Positions 49,603 to 60,014 of a stretch of 64,000 bases of DNA are shown here, in pieces. This DNA is from an uncultured Acidobacteriota bacterium. GTDB lineage: Bacteria > Actinomycetota > Acidimicrobiia > Acidimicrobiales > SHLQ01. The number at the start of each line of letters is the position of its first letter. The stretch's first letter is position 1. The stretch spans positions 178,439 to 242,438 of the forward strand of contig CAVTWS010000024.1 of assembly GCA_963738445.1 (NCBI GenBank), in the 5' to 3' direction. Made by a program: the position numbers and the translations under genes. Under the pieces are notes generated by a model. The model was not told the origin of the DNA, made no database searches, and was given only the letters and a program-made list of their open reading frames with translations.

Positions 49603-51033
49603 TCAAGGGGTGGCGTCGAGCAGCTCCGTGAGGCTTTCGAAGCCACCGTTGTCACCGACCGCCGACGAGAACTGCACCAGGCGGAACCCGTCCTCGGCGT
49701 CGAACTTGCCCGGGCCGAAGGACGCGAACGGGATGGCGTAGAGGTCGATGTCGCCGACGGATTGGATGCCGGTGATCCACGACTCGTTGGTGAGCTCCGG
49801 GCCGGCCGCCGCCGCGCCCGCCACCAGGGTGGCGATCTGGTTGCACGCATCGCGGATCGCCCCGAACACGTTCGGCTCACCCTCGGCGAGCTGGGCCGGG
49901 TCGATGACCGGGATATCCGGGTGCCGCTCCTCCCAGTTCGCGATGCACGACTGCATGTTCTCCTCGGCGAACTGCTCCCCGTTGTCCTCACCGAGGCCCT
50001 CGAGCGAGATCGCGCCCTCGAACGGTGTCTGGTCCTCGCCGGCCTGGGCCTGGTCGAGCAGGGCCGCGGAGGCGTCGGCGTAGAACTGAACGTCGCCCCC
50101 GAACGACTGGTAGAAGAGCGGGATCCGTGACGGCGCCGTGAGCCCGGCCAGCACGATGGTGTCGACCCCCGACGACCGGAACCGTTCCGCGACTACCGCG
50201 GCTGCGGCGTCGATCTGGGTCGGGTCCGCACTCGACGTGTCGACCAGCCCGACTTCCGCGACGTCGATGCCCGCCGCCTCGAGGGCCGGCACCACGGAGT
50301 TCTCGATCCGGTCCTGTTCCGATTGCGAGCCGAACACGGCCACGGTCGCGCCTTCGAGATCGCCGGTCTGCTGCAGGAGTGACAGCAAGCCGTCGAGCCG
50401 GCGGTCCGCCGTGATCCCAGGAGTGACGAGGAGCCCGCCGGCCGCCTCGATGCTGGCCTGGTTCAGCTCGAAACCGATGTGGACGGTCTCGTGATCACGG
50501 GTGATGCAGTCGATGATCGTCGTCAGGAAGCCCGGGATGACACCGAGCACCGCGAACACCTCGTCGTCCTCGGTGAACTGGATGCACGTGTCCATGCCCT
50601 CGGTATCGCCGACCGGGAAGTAGAGGTCGTACACAGCCTCGATCTGGCGACCGAGGATGCCGCCGTTCTCGTTCACCTCGTCGATGGCGGCTTGGTAGGC
50701 CAGCTCCAGGTCGCCGAAAGGTCGATCGATGAAACCGTTGTCGTACAACTGCTGGAAATCGAGCATGGCGACGCCGATCTTGATCGTGTCCGACGTGACA
50801 CCGCGGAACGAGTCAGTGAGCTCGAGGTCGGTCGGCAACACGGTCGTCGTGGCGTCGGCGTCGCCGCCAGGAGCCGCGGTGGTCGTCGTGCCGGTCGGAG
50901 CCTCGGTGGTGTCGGTCGCTTCGGTGGTATCGGGAACCGGTTGGTCCGACGAGACGGAATCGTCGTCGTCGCCGCATGCGGCCGCAACCAGCGCCAGGCT
51001 CAGGATCAGCGCCAGAAATCGTACGTTCTTCAT
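49603..51033 (-). CDS. ABC transporter substrate-binding lipoprotein, LivK/type-1 periplasmic binding protein family.
   Basis: MKNVRFLALILSLALVAAACGDD lipobox. IKIGVAMLDF.... Confidence 0.8.
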   Translation of the reverse strand: MKNVRFLALILSLALVAAACGDDDDSVSSDQPVPDTTEATDTTEAPTGTTTTAAPGGDADATTTVLPTDLELTDSFRGVTSDTIKIGVAMLDFQQLYDNGFIDRPFGDLELAYQAAIDEVNENGGILGRQIEAVYDLYFPVGDTEGMDTCIQFTEDDEVFAVLGVIPGFLTTIIDCITRDHETVHIGFELNQASIEAAGGLLVTPGITADRRLDGLLSLLQQTGDLEGATVAVFGSQSEQDRIENSVVPALEAAGIDVAEVGLVDTSSADPTQIDAAAAVVAERFRSSGVDTIVLAGLTAPSRIPLFYQSFGGDVQFYADASAALLDQAQAGEDQTPFEGAISLEGLGEDNGEQFAEENMQSCIANWEERHPDIPVIDPAQLAEGEPNVFGAIRDACNQIATLVAGAAAAGPELTNESWITGIQSVGDIDLYAIPFASFGPGKFDAEDGFRLVQFSSAVGDNGGFESLTELLDATP

Positions 51034-51097
51034 GTTCAACCCCCCGGTTGGTACCAGTTTTCCTATCACGTGGAGCCCGGGTCTGCTCGGGAACCGG

Positions 51098-52386
51098 TCA
51101 GGCCGGCGCAGAAGGCCGACGACCAGCGAGGATCGAGCGTTCAGAGCCGCCGTTCTCGCGGAGTCGACGGTCGAACTCGGCCAGCTGATCCGGGGAGAGG
51201 ACCTGCGCCCAATGGGGATTGCTCCCGGCGGGTGGCATCAACTCGACGACGACGCAGCCCGCTCCGATCGCCGCCTCGATGGCACCGGCGTGCGAGCCGA
51301 CCCGGACGTCGGTCGCCAACTCGGCGTGGCCACCCCCGAGCCGGGCGATCGCCGCGTGCACGTCGGCGTACGCCTGGGCGGGTTCATAACCCGTCGTCCG
51401 CCAACTGTCGTTCCCTACCAGACCTCGCTCCCCCAGGATCGAACGGTGGTGATCGAGGACTTCGATGGCCGACACGCTGTCCCAACCGATGGCGCCGGAC
51501 AGCGTCACGAACGCGCTGCCACGGCGTGACCTCGCACACGGTCGACGTCTGGCTGAAGGCGACATGCGCTTCTGACGACGTCTTCGCCGCCGCGACGTGC
51601 GCCTCCACGGTGTAGCCGGCCTCCCACCACTTGACCGCGTTGGCCGGCTCGGCGGCGTGCACGGCCGCGAGCTGGAACACACCGTTCTCGCTCCATGACG
51701 TGGTCGCCCCCGAGCTCGTCACGACCGCCAGACTGGGGTGCTGGTCGTACGCTCGGGCCAGTAGACCGATGAACGATGCGTACGCCTGCCGGGTGACCTC
51801 GTGCCAGGGGGCGAGCATCGTTCGGGCCTGACCGAGATCCGGGCTCGTCGTGTTGGCGTGGCGCTCGATGACGACGGCGCCGGGGAAGCTCGAGGGCCCA
51901 AGGCGGCGGATACCAACCGAACAGGACGCGGGCCTTCACCCACCACCCACCCGCTTCGGCCTCGGCGAGGGCACGCTCGAGCGGGTTCCCGGGGGCCAGG
52001 ACTCCCGGCTCCGTCTCCATCTCGTCCCATCTCACCTCGACCACCCAGCCGGAGATGCTGGCGGCGTGGTCCGGATAGTCCGACGGTCGGACGTTCCCTG
52101 CCTGGCTCTGCCACACGGCGATCCCGATCGCCTCCCGACCGCCGACGGTTGTTTCTGGTTCCGATCCTTCGGCGTCGACGGAACCCTCGTCGGGCAGGGC
52201 CGCGGGATCGTCGGGCACGACCGCGGGATCGTCGGCCGGCGGTGTCGTGCGGACGTCGGTTTCGCCCAGGCCGGTCGTCGATGTCGTCGAACTCGGGGAG
52301 TCGTCGCCGGAGCAGCCGGTGACGACCGTCGCGGCGAACCCCACCGTCGACCACAACGCCTCACGACGCGACATCGATCTGGACAT
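51098..52386 (-). CDS. Hypothetical secreted lipoprotein. There are two frame breaks, near 51690 and 51820.
   Basis: Signal MSRSMSRREALWSTVGFAATVVTGCSGDD. The body is recovered across the ORFs 51505-52479, 51384-51818 and 51098-51682. Confidence 0.5.
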
Positions 52387-52525
52387 GAACCAACCTCGAG
52401 ACCCGGTTGCCGCGCCTGCCCATGCTTGCGTGCCGGCGTGTCGAGAAGGTGTCGCCCCAGCAAGAACCAGAAGAACCACGTAGGCCCGCGACTTCCCGGG
52501 CCGGGTCGAGCGTCAACAATGGCGG

Positions 52526-52891
52526 ATGCCCATCGTCTTCCCTGAACCGACCGACCAGATCGAGGATCAGCGGGAGGTGCTGCTCGGCTACCTCGACTAC
52601 TTCCGCTCCGTCGTCGCGGAGCGCATCTCCGGCCTCGGCGATGAACGTCTCCGCACCACGCTCGTCCCCTCGGGGTGGACACCGATCGAGCTCGCCAACC
52701 ACCTCGTCGCCATGGAGCGGCGGTGGTTCGTCTGGGGTTTCGAAGGTCAGGACGTGGGCGATCCGTGGGACGACAGCCGCGACGGTCGTTGGTACGCCGC
52801 CGAGGGCCTCACGGTCGAAGCGGTCGTGTCAGGGTTGTATCGGGGCGGCGATCGCACCCGCGAGCTCATCGACGGCCAGACCGGCGAGTAG
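52526..52891 (+). CDS. DinB/YfiT-like (DUF664) family protein.
   Basis: 121-aa ORF containing REVLLGYLDYFRSVVAERISGLGDERLRTT. Confidence 0.5.
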   Translation: MPIVFPEPTDQIEDQREVLLGYLDYFRSVVAERISGLGDERLRTTLVPSGWTPIELANHLVAMERRWFVWGFEGQDVGDPWDDSRDGRWYAAEGLTVEAVVSGLYRGGDRTRELIDGQTGE

Positions 52892-52897
52892 CGCCCC

Positions 52898-53296
52898 TCA
52901 CGTGGCGGACCCGCCGTGCGCGACGAGGGAAGTGTGTCGAGCGAGGGTGGTGAAGTCCGCGTCGGCGTGCAGGACCGGTGCGTTCGACCGGATCGCGACC
53001 GCGCCGATCAGACAGTCGATGAGCTTCCGTACCGTCTCTCCGTTTCGCCGGCACGTCCGGTAGAGCGCGGCAGCGTGGTCGTAGTCGGCGGCGGTGATCG
53101 ACACCATCGTGGCCCGAGCGAGCAGTCCGCGCAGCTGGGCGAGGTGCTGCTCGTCGCGGGCGCCGGCCAGAACCTCCATGCTGATCGCGTCGCAGATGGC
53201 GAGGTCCGCACCGAGGAGCTCATCGACGGTGTCGCAGACCTGGGATCCAGTGTCGCGCAGGAACTCGATCCAAGCTGAGGTGTCGATGAGGATCAT
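52898..53296 (-). CDS. vapC: Type II toxin VapC (PIN-domain ribonuclease).
   Basis: MILIDTSAWIEF...D....E...D are the PIN acidic residues. A 4-nt overlap with the antitoxin gene. Confidence 0.85.
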   Translation of the reverse strand: MILIDTSAWIEFLRDTGSQVCDTVDELLGADLAICDAISMEVLAGARDEQHLAQLRGLLARATMVSITAADYDHAAALYRTCRRNGETVRKLIDCLIGAVAIRSNAPVLHADADFTTLARHTSLVAHGGSAT

Positions 53297-53496
53297 CCGG
53301 CGCGACTTGCCCTCATCTGGTCGAGGTCACCCTCCCAGCCCGAGCCGCGAAGACGCCGAGCGTCATCGAGATCGAGCGGTTCTGCGGCGAGACGGCGCAA
53401 GGCCAAGTTGACGGCGTCGCGCTTGGAGGCCAGCTGGTACCGCTCCATCACGGCACGGCATGCCGCGTCGTCGAGATCGATGTTGGTGCGTGCCAT
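53293..53496 (-). CDS. vapB: Type II antitoxin VapB.
   Basis: 67-aa ORF MARTNIDLDDAACRAVMERYQLASKRDAVNLALRRL. An ATGA overlap with vapC. Confidence 0.8.
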   Translation of the reverse strand: MARTNIDLDDAACRAVMERYQLASKRDAVNLALRRLAAEPLDLDDARRLRGSGWEGDLDQMRASRAG

Positions 53497-53591
53497 ACAC
53501 CAACCCTACACATAGCGGGCGGGGCATCGACTCACCCCGGGCCTTCACTGCGGCCCGCTCCGATACGCTCGACGACGTGGCCCCCCGGTGG

Positions 53592-53756
53592 ATGGAACCG
53601 CAGGACGAACAGCCCCGGCCGCTCTCGCCTGTCGAGCGTGGCGAGCGGCTCGTCGACCTGCTCGAGCTCGCCGATGCACTCCCCCCCGTCGCCCGCAGCC
53701 GTGCCGTGCCACCCACGTTCCAGCAACTCATCCATGGCCTCGCCCAGAACCACTGA
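53592..53756 (+). CDS. Small ORF (54 aa) directly upstream of, and overlapping, the nucleotidyltransferase gene. It may instead be the N-terminal part of that gene if a frameshift is assumed.
   Basis: MEPQDEQPRPLSPVERGERLVDLLELADALPPVARSRAVPPTFQQLIHGLAQNH. It ends 23 nt inside the next ORF. Confidence 0.3.
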   Translation: MEPQDEQPRPLSPVERGERLVDLLELADALPPVARSRAVPPTFQQLIHGLAQNH

Positions 53757-54300
53757 CGACGTCAGCCTCGTCGACAAGATCATCGACGTTCACCGCCGCT
53801 TCACCGAAGCGGGCATCCGTCATGGCTTCGGCGGCGCCCTCGCGCTCGCCTACTACACCGACGATCCTCGGACGACGGCCGACATCGACGTCAACGTGGC
53901 GCTCGACCCCGTCGACGCCGAGCTTGCGCTACGCACCCTGCCCGGAGAGGTCGACTGGGACCAGGCGACCCTCGACCGGATCGTCGACGAGGAGCAGGTC
54001 CGGCTCTGGTGGGGACGCACGCCACTCGACCTGTTCTTCCGGGCCAGCGAGTTCCATGACGGTGTCGGCGATCGGGTGAAGTGGCACCCATTCGGACCGA
54101 CGACGCTCCCGTTCATCGCCGCGAACGACCTTGCCGTGTTCAAGGCGCTGTTCAACCGCCCGAAGGACTGGGTCGACATCGCCGAGATGATGGCCGCGGG
54201 TTCGGTCGATGCCGCCACGGTCGCAGCAACGCTGCATTCTCTGATCGGGGCCGACATCCGCGTCGACCGGCTCCTCGACCTCGTGCCGCCGGGCCGGTGA
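53734..54300 (+). CDS. Nucleotidyltransferase-fold protein (AbiEii-like / minimal NTase family).
   Basis: HGFGGALALAYYTDDPRTTADIDVNVAL is the hG[GS]...D.D NTase motif. Confidence 0.55.
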   Translation: MASPRTTDDVSLVDKIIDVHRRFTEAGIRHGFGGALALAYYTDDPRTTADIDVNVALDPVDAELALRTLPGEVDWDQATLDRIVDEEQVRLWWGRTPLDLFFRASEFHDGVGDRVKWHPFGPTTLPFIAANDLAVFKALFNRPKDWVDIAEMMAAGSVDAATVAATLHSLIGADIRVDRLLDLVPPGR

Positions 54301-54369
54301 GGCCTGGCGGTCAAATCGTTGGCCGGGCAGATGGCCGCGAGCCCTGGGCTTGCGTTCACTGCGTCTGAA

Positions 54370-55881
54370 TCAGCCGGCCGCCCGTTCGAACGCGAGCTGC
54401 GCGGGCCGGGATCGGCGATCCGACGAGTCACCCGCCGACGCCGAGGCCGAGAGGTCACCGGAGCTGAGCCGGGCCCGGTCCGCAGCCATCTGCCCGCTGG
54501 CGTAGCCGAAGCTGTCGTACCCGCCCCGCACGTTCAGGGGTTGCGCGGAACTCCAGCGAGTGTCGTAGCTCTCGTCGACGCGGCTCTGACGGCTGGCCAG
54601 CACCGGGAGGAAGCTCGAACCCACGTCGGCCTCGGCGTCGGTCATGACCTGCGCGTTGACCTCGGCGAGCCGGGCGCCGATCCGGTGCGCGTACGCCAGC
54701 CAGAACGACGAGCGGAACGACGCCCCGCGAGAGCGGGCACCGGGTGGGGCCGAGGCCGACGCTTGCCCGAGCGCGGCCTGGGCCTGCACGAGGAGCGACG
54801 TGAACAGCATCTCGACCGCGCGCAGATCGGCCACGAAACCCACGACCGACGAAAGGGAGTAGCTGGGGTGGAACACGGCCCGGCAGCGCATGTTCTCGGC
54901 GATGCGCTGCACGAGCAACGATTTGGCATCGGCGTAGGGCTCGTCGACGGGGAGGCGGATCGTCTCGGGCTCCTCCCCGCGCGGCGAAGTGGAGCCGTGC
55001 AGCAGGGCTTGGTCGATGGCGTGACGGGTGATGAGCTCCTGGGCCTTGGCGGTGAAGGCCTCGGCCTCGGCATCGAACGTGGTGGACTCGGCCTGGGACA
55101 GCAGGGCCCGAACCTTGGCCAGGACGGGATCGGCCTCGGCCGCCGCGCCGCCCGCACCCACTCGGCGGGCGCGGTCGGCCCCGGGCGGAGGCATCAAGGT
55201 TTCGAGCGCCGAACACAAGGACAACGCCACCACCAGATCGACGGCGGCCGTCAGCGAGGATCGGGCCGACAGGTCGGCGCCGTCCTCCCATACTTCGTAC
55301 CACCCGGACGAGCCGGGGATGGACGGTAGGTCGAGCCCGGCCTCCTGGGCTTCCCACCGAGGGTCGACGGCGGTGTCGCCACGAGCGTGCCGTTCGGCCG
55401 CGACGGCGAATCGGGCCAGACGAGCCCCGGCGGCCGACACCGAGCGGCGGGCGTGGCGCACCAGCTCCGTCGGCTGCCACCCGTTGGCCCACACGACACG
55501 GACCAACGAGATCAGCGACCGCTCGATCTCGGCCCGCACCGTCGCCGGCGGCGCAGCGGCCAACGCGGCACGCGCGGCGTGGCCCATGTCTGGGTCGCGC
55601 CGGTGAGCGGACAGCTGGGCGAGCGACAGCAAGGCCTCGACCCGCTCGCCTTCGGTCCGGAACATCACCTTGGGCTCGCGTCGGTCCGGCTCATCCTCAT
55701 GGCCGTGCCCATGCTCGTGGTAGTGGTCCTGGCCGTGCCCATGCTCGTGGTCATGGTCTCGGTCCTGGCCGTGCCCATGTCCGTACCCGTACCCAGGCGG
55801 TCGCCCGCTCGGAGGCGGACCTGGGTGACGTTGCCGATTTCGGGCCTTGGCGGCCCGCCGTTGCCTGTTGTTCTTCCCCAT
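54370..55881 (-). CDS. DUF2786-family protein with an N-terminal basic segment and a His-rich low-complexity region.
   Basis: MGKNNRQRRAAKARNRQR...GYGYGHGHGQDRDHDHEHGHGQDHYHEHGHGHEDE. The His-rich part is encoded by a roughly 30-bp tandem repeat at 55700-55780. Confidence 0.75.
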   Translation of the reverse strand: MGKNNRQRRAAKARNRQRHPGPPPSGRPPGYGYGHGHGQDRDHDHEHGHGQDHYHEHGHGHEDEPDRREPKVMFRTEGERVEALLSLAQLSAHRRDPDMGHAARAALAAAPPATVRAEIERSLISLVRVVWANGWQPTELVRHARRSVSAAGARLARFAVAAERHARGDTAVDPRWEAQEAGLDLPSIPGSSGWYEVWEDGADLSARSSLTAAVDLVVALSLCSALETLMPPPGADRARRVGAGGAAAEADPVLAKVRALLSQAESTTFDAEAEAFTAKAQELITRHAIDQALLHGSTSPRGEEPETIRLPVDEPYADAKSLLVQRIAENMRCRAVFHPSYSLSSVVGFVADLRAVEMLFTSLLVQAQAALGQASASAPPGARSRGASFRSSFWLAYAHRIGARLAEVNAQVMTDAEADVGSSFLPVLASRQSRVDESYDTRWSSAQPLNVRGGYDSFGYASGQMAADRARLSSGDLSASASAGDSSDRRSRPAQLAFERAAG

Positions 55882-56020
55882 GGAGCGGAACCTACTGAGG
55901 CGGTGTGACAGCGGATCGCACCCCCGAGGCACCACGGGTCAGATGACTCGCCGGCGATTCTGAACAAGGCGAAAAGAACACCGATATCCCAGCCGATCCT
56001 CCGCCAGACCCGTCAGGCAA

Positions 56021-57019
56021 CTATGGCGCCTGGAGATCGACAAGGGTGCCGCCACCGAGAGTCGGGCCGTCCGTGTGCAGGTGGCACCAGCTGACCGTGC
56101 CGTCCTCGGACTCGGTCGGTGGCGGCGGCACCGATCGGCACACCTCCATCACGAACGGGCAACGGGTGTGGAACGAGCACCCGAGGGTCCTGCTGGCCGG
56201 CGAGGGTAGGTCACCGTGGAGGACCATCCGCTCCCGGCGGCGCTCGCCCGGCTCGGCACCCGGGACCGCCGAGAGCAGGGCCAGGGTGTACGGGTGCTTC
56301 GGCGCGTCGATGACCGAGCGAGTCGCTCCACACTCGACGAACCGACCGAGGTACATGACGGCGATGCGATCGGCCAGATGATCGACGACCGCGAGGTCGT
56401 GGGAGATGAAGACGTAGGCCACGCCGGTGTCGCGTTGGAGATCACCCAGCAGGTTCACGACCTCGGCCTGGGTGGAGACGTCGAGCGCGCTCACCGGCTC
56501 GTCGAGCACGATCAGCTCGGGGTCGAGCGCCAACGCCCGGGCGATGGCGATCCGCTGGAGCTGCCCGCCCGAGAACGACGGTGGATAGCGGTGGGCGGCG
56601 CTGACGTCGAGTCCGACCTGGCCCAACAGTTCAGCCACCGCCTCGCGATGCGATGCCTTGGTTCCCATGCCGTGGGCGCGCAACGGTTCGGCGATGGAGT
56701 CCCCCACGGGCGCGTAGGGGTCGAGCGACGAGTAGGGATCCTGGAAGACGAACTGGACCTGCCGCCGCATCTTCAACCGCGCCTCGCCCTGCAGGGTGGT
56801 CAGATCGGTGCCGGCGACCAGAACCCGGCCCGCCGTCGGGGTGAGCAGACCGAGCGCCAAGCGCCCCAGAGTCGACTTGCCCGAGCCGGATTCCCCCACC
56901 ACGCCGATGGTCTCGCCCCGGTTCAGCGTGAGGCCGACACCGTCGACGGCGCGAACATGACCGACCGTCCGTCGGGTGATCGCACTTCGGCGGGCGAAAT
57001 GCATCTCGACATCGTGCAT
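56021..57019 (-). CDS. Oligopeptide/dipeptide ABC transporter ATP-binding protein (OppF/DppF-like).
   Basis: GESGSGKST, SGGQLQRIAIARAL and LIVLDEPVSALD. The C-terminal oligopeptide-ABC extension contains a CxxC motif. Confidence 0.85.
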   Translation of the reverse strand: MHDVEMHFARRSAITRRTVGHVRAVDGVGLTLNRGETIGVVGESGSGKSTLGRLALGLLTPTAGRVLVAGTDLTTLQGEARLKMRRQVQFVFQDPYSSLDPYAPVGDSIAEPLRAHGMGTKASHREAVAELLGQVGLDVSAAHRYPPSFSGGQLQRIAIARALALDPELIVLDEPVSALDVSTQAEVVNLLGDLQRDTGVAYVFISHDLAVVDHLADRIAVMYLGRFVECGATRSVIDAPKHPYTLALLSAVPGAEPGERRRERMVLHGDLPSPASRTLGCSFHTRCPFVMEVCRSVPPPPTESEDGTVSWCHLHTDGPTLGGGTLVDLQAP

Positions 57020-57033
57020 CTCCAGCACGTGGC

Positions 57034-59028
57034 TCACGAGACCACCGATGCCGCAGCGTTCGAGCCCGGCGCCACGTCGCCCCGGCCGACACGGGTACAC
57101 CGGGCGGCCCGCCCATCACCCAGGTCGACGAGCTCCACGGGAGACACCCGGCACTCGTCGCCGACCACCGGGCAGCGGTCCTGGAACCGACACCCCAACG
57201 GCAGGGAACCGGCCGATGGCACGATCCCCGGAATGGCCGTGAGGCGGTCGACTCCGCCACCGAGACGCGGTCGGGATTCCAGCAGCGCCGTGGTGTAGGG
57301 ATGCTGCGGCCGGGTGAACACGTCGGTCACCGGCGCCGTCTCGACCACCTGGCCGGCGTACATCACGACCACACGATCGCACAGCTCCTGCACGACCCCG
57401 AGATCGTGGGTCACGAACAGCACGGACATGTCGAAGGCGTCGCGCAGCTCCCGCAGGAGCTCGAGGATCTGCGCCTGCACGGTGACGTCGAGGGCCGTCG
57501 TCGGCTCGTCGGCGATCAGGAGCTTCGGCCGGTTGGCCAGCGCCATGGCGATAAGGACCCGCTGGCGCATGCCGCCGGAGAAGGTGTGCGGGTAGTCGTC
57601 GAGCCGGCGCCGGGCATCGGGGATACCGACGAGATCGAGCAACTCGATCGCCCGACTGAGCGCGGCCGACTTGCTCACCTTGTTGTGCAGTCGCTGCGTC
57701 TCCACGATCTGGTCGCCGATGGTGAAGGCGGGATTGAGGCTGGCCATCGGGTCCTGGAAGATCATGGCGATGTCGCGACCTCGGATGTCGCGCATCTCGC
57801 GGTTGCAGCACCGCAGGAGGTCACGGCCCTCGAACCGGATCTCGCCGCCCAGGATGCGGGCGGGAGGCGACGGCAGGAGCCGAAGGATCGACTGGGCCGT
57901 GACCGTCTTGCCGCACCCGCTCTCGCCGACGACACCGAGCACCTCCCCGCGGCGAACGTCGATGTCGACGTTCTCGACCACCCGCACCACCCCGTTGGAC
58001 GTGTCGAATCCGACGGTCAGGCCTCGGATGGAGAGCAGCTCACCGTTCGCGTCTCCCTGGGCAGTATCCGCACCCGCCGTCGACGGTTGGGGCGCCTCCA
58101 GGTGGGGCGCTGGCACCGACGTAAGGCCCAACGTGTCGCCGGACTGCCGCCGGTGTTCACCGGAGCCGGCGACGGCGTCGCGCAGCCCGTCGCCGATGGC
58201 GTTGAAGGCGAGCGTGGTCAGCGCAATGGTGATGCCGGGGACCAGGATCTGGTTCACGTCGAGAGCCATCAACGTGAACCCGTCCTTGAGCATCGATCCC
58301 CACGACGCGTTCGGCGGGGGGGTGCCCAGCCCCAGGTAACTCAGCGAAGCCTCCACGACGATGATCGTGCCCAGGGCGATGGACACCTGCACCAGGAGGG
58401 GGGACAGCGCATGGGGCAGCACCCGTCGGAACATCACGACCCGATGTCGGGATCCGACGGCGATGGACGCTTCGACAAAGCCGGCCTGACGAACGGCCAG
58501 GGCGGTCCCGCGCACCAGCCTGACGAACCCGGGCACGATGACGACCACGAGGGCGATGATGAGGTTCCGGGTACCTGGTCCGAGGATGCCGGCGACGGCG
58601 AGGGCCAACACCAGCGGCGGGATCGACATCACGGCGTCGACCACACGCATGACGATCATGTCGACCTTGCCCGAGAAGTACCCCGAGGCCAATCCGACCG
58701 GCACAGCGATGAGGGAACCGATCAGGACCGTGACCACCGAGATGAGCATGGTGGTCCGGGCACCGTAGACGAGGCGGGAAAACGTGTCGCGTCCGAGGTC
58801 GTCGGTTCCGAGCAGATGATCGAACGACGGCCCTGCGAACCGGTTGAGGAAGTCCTCGTCGTCCACCGGATGATGGGTGGCCACGATCGGGGCGAACACG
58901 GCCATGACGGTGACGAGCAGGATGAAGGCCAGGGCGATCATCGCCACCCGCTGACGGCTGAACCGCCGCCCGGTGGTCCGCCAGTGCGAGGCGACGGCCG
59001 GTGTCCGACTCACCGAGACCTCGCTCAC
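57034..59028 (-). CDS. Fused OppC-like permease and OppD-like ATPase in one 664-aa polypeptide.
   Basis: The GTGA start overlaps the oppB stop. An N-terminal six-helix permease has an EAA loop. The linker ...[20 protein letters not shown]... is followed by [24 protein letters not shown] and [12 protein letters not shown]. Confidence 0.75.
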   Translation of the reverse strand: MSEVSVSRTPAVASHWRTTGRRFSRQRVAMIALAFILLVTVMAVFAPIVATHHPVDDEDFLNRFAGPSFDHLLGTDDLGRDTFSRLVYGARTTMLISVVTVLIGSLIAVPVGLASGYFSGKVDMIVMRVVDAVMSIPPLVLALAVAGILGPGTRNLIIALVVVIVPGFVRLVRGTALAVRQAGFVEASIAVGSRHRVVMFRRVLPHALSPLLVQVSIALGTIIVVEASLSYLGLGTPPPNASWGSMLKDGFTLMALDVNQILVPGITIALTTLAFNAIGDGLRDAVAGSGEHRRQSGDTLGLTSVPAPHLEAPQPSTAGADTAQGDANGELLSIRGLTVGFDTSNGVVRVVENVDIDVRRGEVLGVVGESGCGKTVTAQSILRLLPSPPARILGGEIRFEGRDLLRCCNREMRDIRGRDIAMIFQDPMASLNPAFTIGDQIVETQRLHNKVSKSAALSRAIELLDLVGIPDARRRLDDYPHTFSGGMRQRVLIAMALANRPKLLIADEPTTALDVTVQAQILELLRELRDAFDMSVLFVTHDLGVVQELCDRVVVMYAGQVVETAPVTDVFTRPQHPYTTALLESRPRLGGGVDRLTAIPGIVPSAGSLPLGCRFQDRCPVVGDECRVSPVELVDLGDGRAARCTRVGRGDVAPGSNAAASVVS

Positions 59029-59972
59029 GAGACCTCGACCCGGGGGTCGAGCCAGCCGTACAGGAGATCGACGACGACGTTGATGACGGCGAAGGCGAGA
59101 ACGAACAGGACCGCGGCCGCCTGGATCACCGGCAGGTCCTGGGCCGTGATGGACTGCACGAGGTATTCGCCGACGCCGGGCGAGGCGAAGATCCGCTCGA
59201 TGATGACCGCCCCACCGATCATCCCACCGAGGATGAGCCCGGCGACCGTCACGGTCGACTGCGCAGCGTTCTTGAACACGTGCTTGCCGATCACCCGGTA
59301 CGCCGGGCAGCCTTTGGCCCACGCCGTGCGGACGTAGGGTTGCTCCAGGACGTCGAGCACGCCGCTGCGCAACTGGCGGGCCAGCCGAGCGGCGACCCCG
59401 ATGCCCAGGGCGAGAGAGGGCAGCACCAGCGACTTGAGCCACCCGGTGAAGGACTCCGAGAGCCGGGTGAAGCCGACGGCATCGAACCACCCCCACTCGT
59501 TGGCGAGGTAGTTGATCAGCACGATGGCGACCACGAAGTTGGGCACTGCCAACGCGGTGCTCGTGAGCGCCAGGAGGAGCCGATCGAGCCACCCACCGGC
59601 GCGTGCACCGGCGATCAGGCCGACAGGGATGCCGACCACCAGACCGACCACGAGGGCGCCGAGCACGATGCTCATCGTGATCGGCAGGCGAAAGGCGATC
59701 TCGCTCATGACCGATTCGCCCGAGTCGAGGCTGTTGCCGAAGTCCAGCCGGACGGCTCCGCCCAGCCAGCGCCCGTACTGCACGAGGAATGGGTCATCGA
59801 GCCCAAGTTCGGTGCGCACCGATTCGATCCGCTCCGGCGTGGCGTTCTGTCCACCGGCCAGCGTCGTCGCGGGGTCGCCCGGCACGAGCGCGATGAGCGA
59901 GAAGACCCCGAAGCTGACCAGCAGCAGCGTCGGGACGAGCAGAAGCAGGCGCCGGCCGATCACCGGCAGCAC
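59025..59972 (-). CDS. Oligopeptide ABC transporter permease (OppB/DppB-like).
   Basis: Intact 315-aa ORF. LVPGDPATTLAG is a typical OppB N-terminal motif. Confidence 0.85.
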   Translation of the reverse strand: MLPVIGRRLLLLVPTLLLVSFGVFSLIALVPGDPATTLAGGQNATPERIESVRTELGLDDPFLVQYGRWLGGAVRLDFGNSLDSGESVMSEIAFRLPITMSIVLGALVVGLVVGIPVGLIAGARAGGWLDRLLLALTSTALAVPNFVVAIVLINYLANEWGWFDAVGFTRLSESFTGWLKSLVLPSLALGIGVAARLARQLRSGVLDVLEQPYVRTAWAKGCPAYRVIGKHVFKNAAQSTVTVAGLILGGMIGGAVIIERIFASPGVGEYLVQSITAQDLPVIQAAAVLFVLAFAVINVVVDLLYGWLDPRVEVS

Positions 59973-60014
59973 GGGTCACTCCTGGATTCGGCGCCCGACA
60001 CGAGCCGAGCCGGC

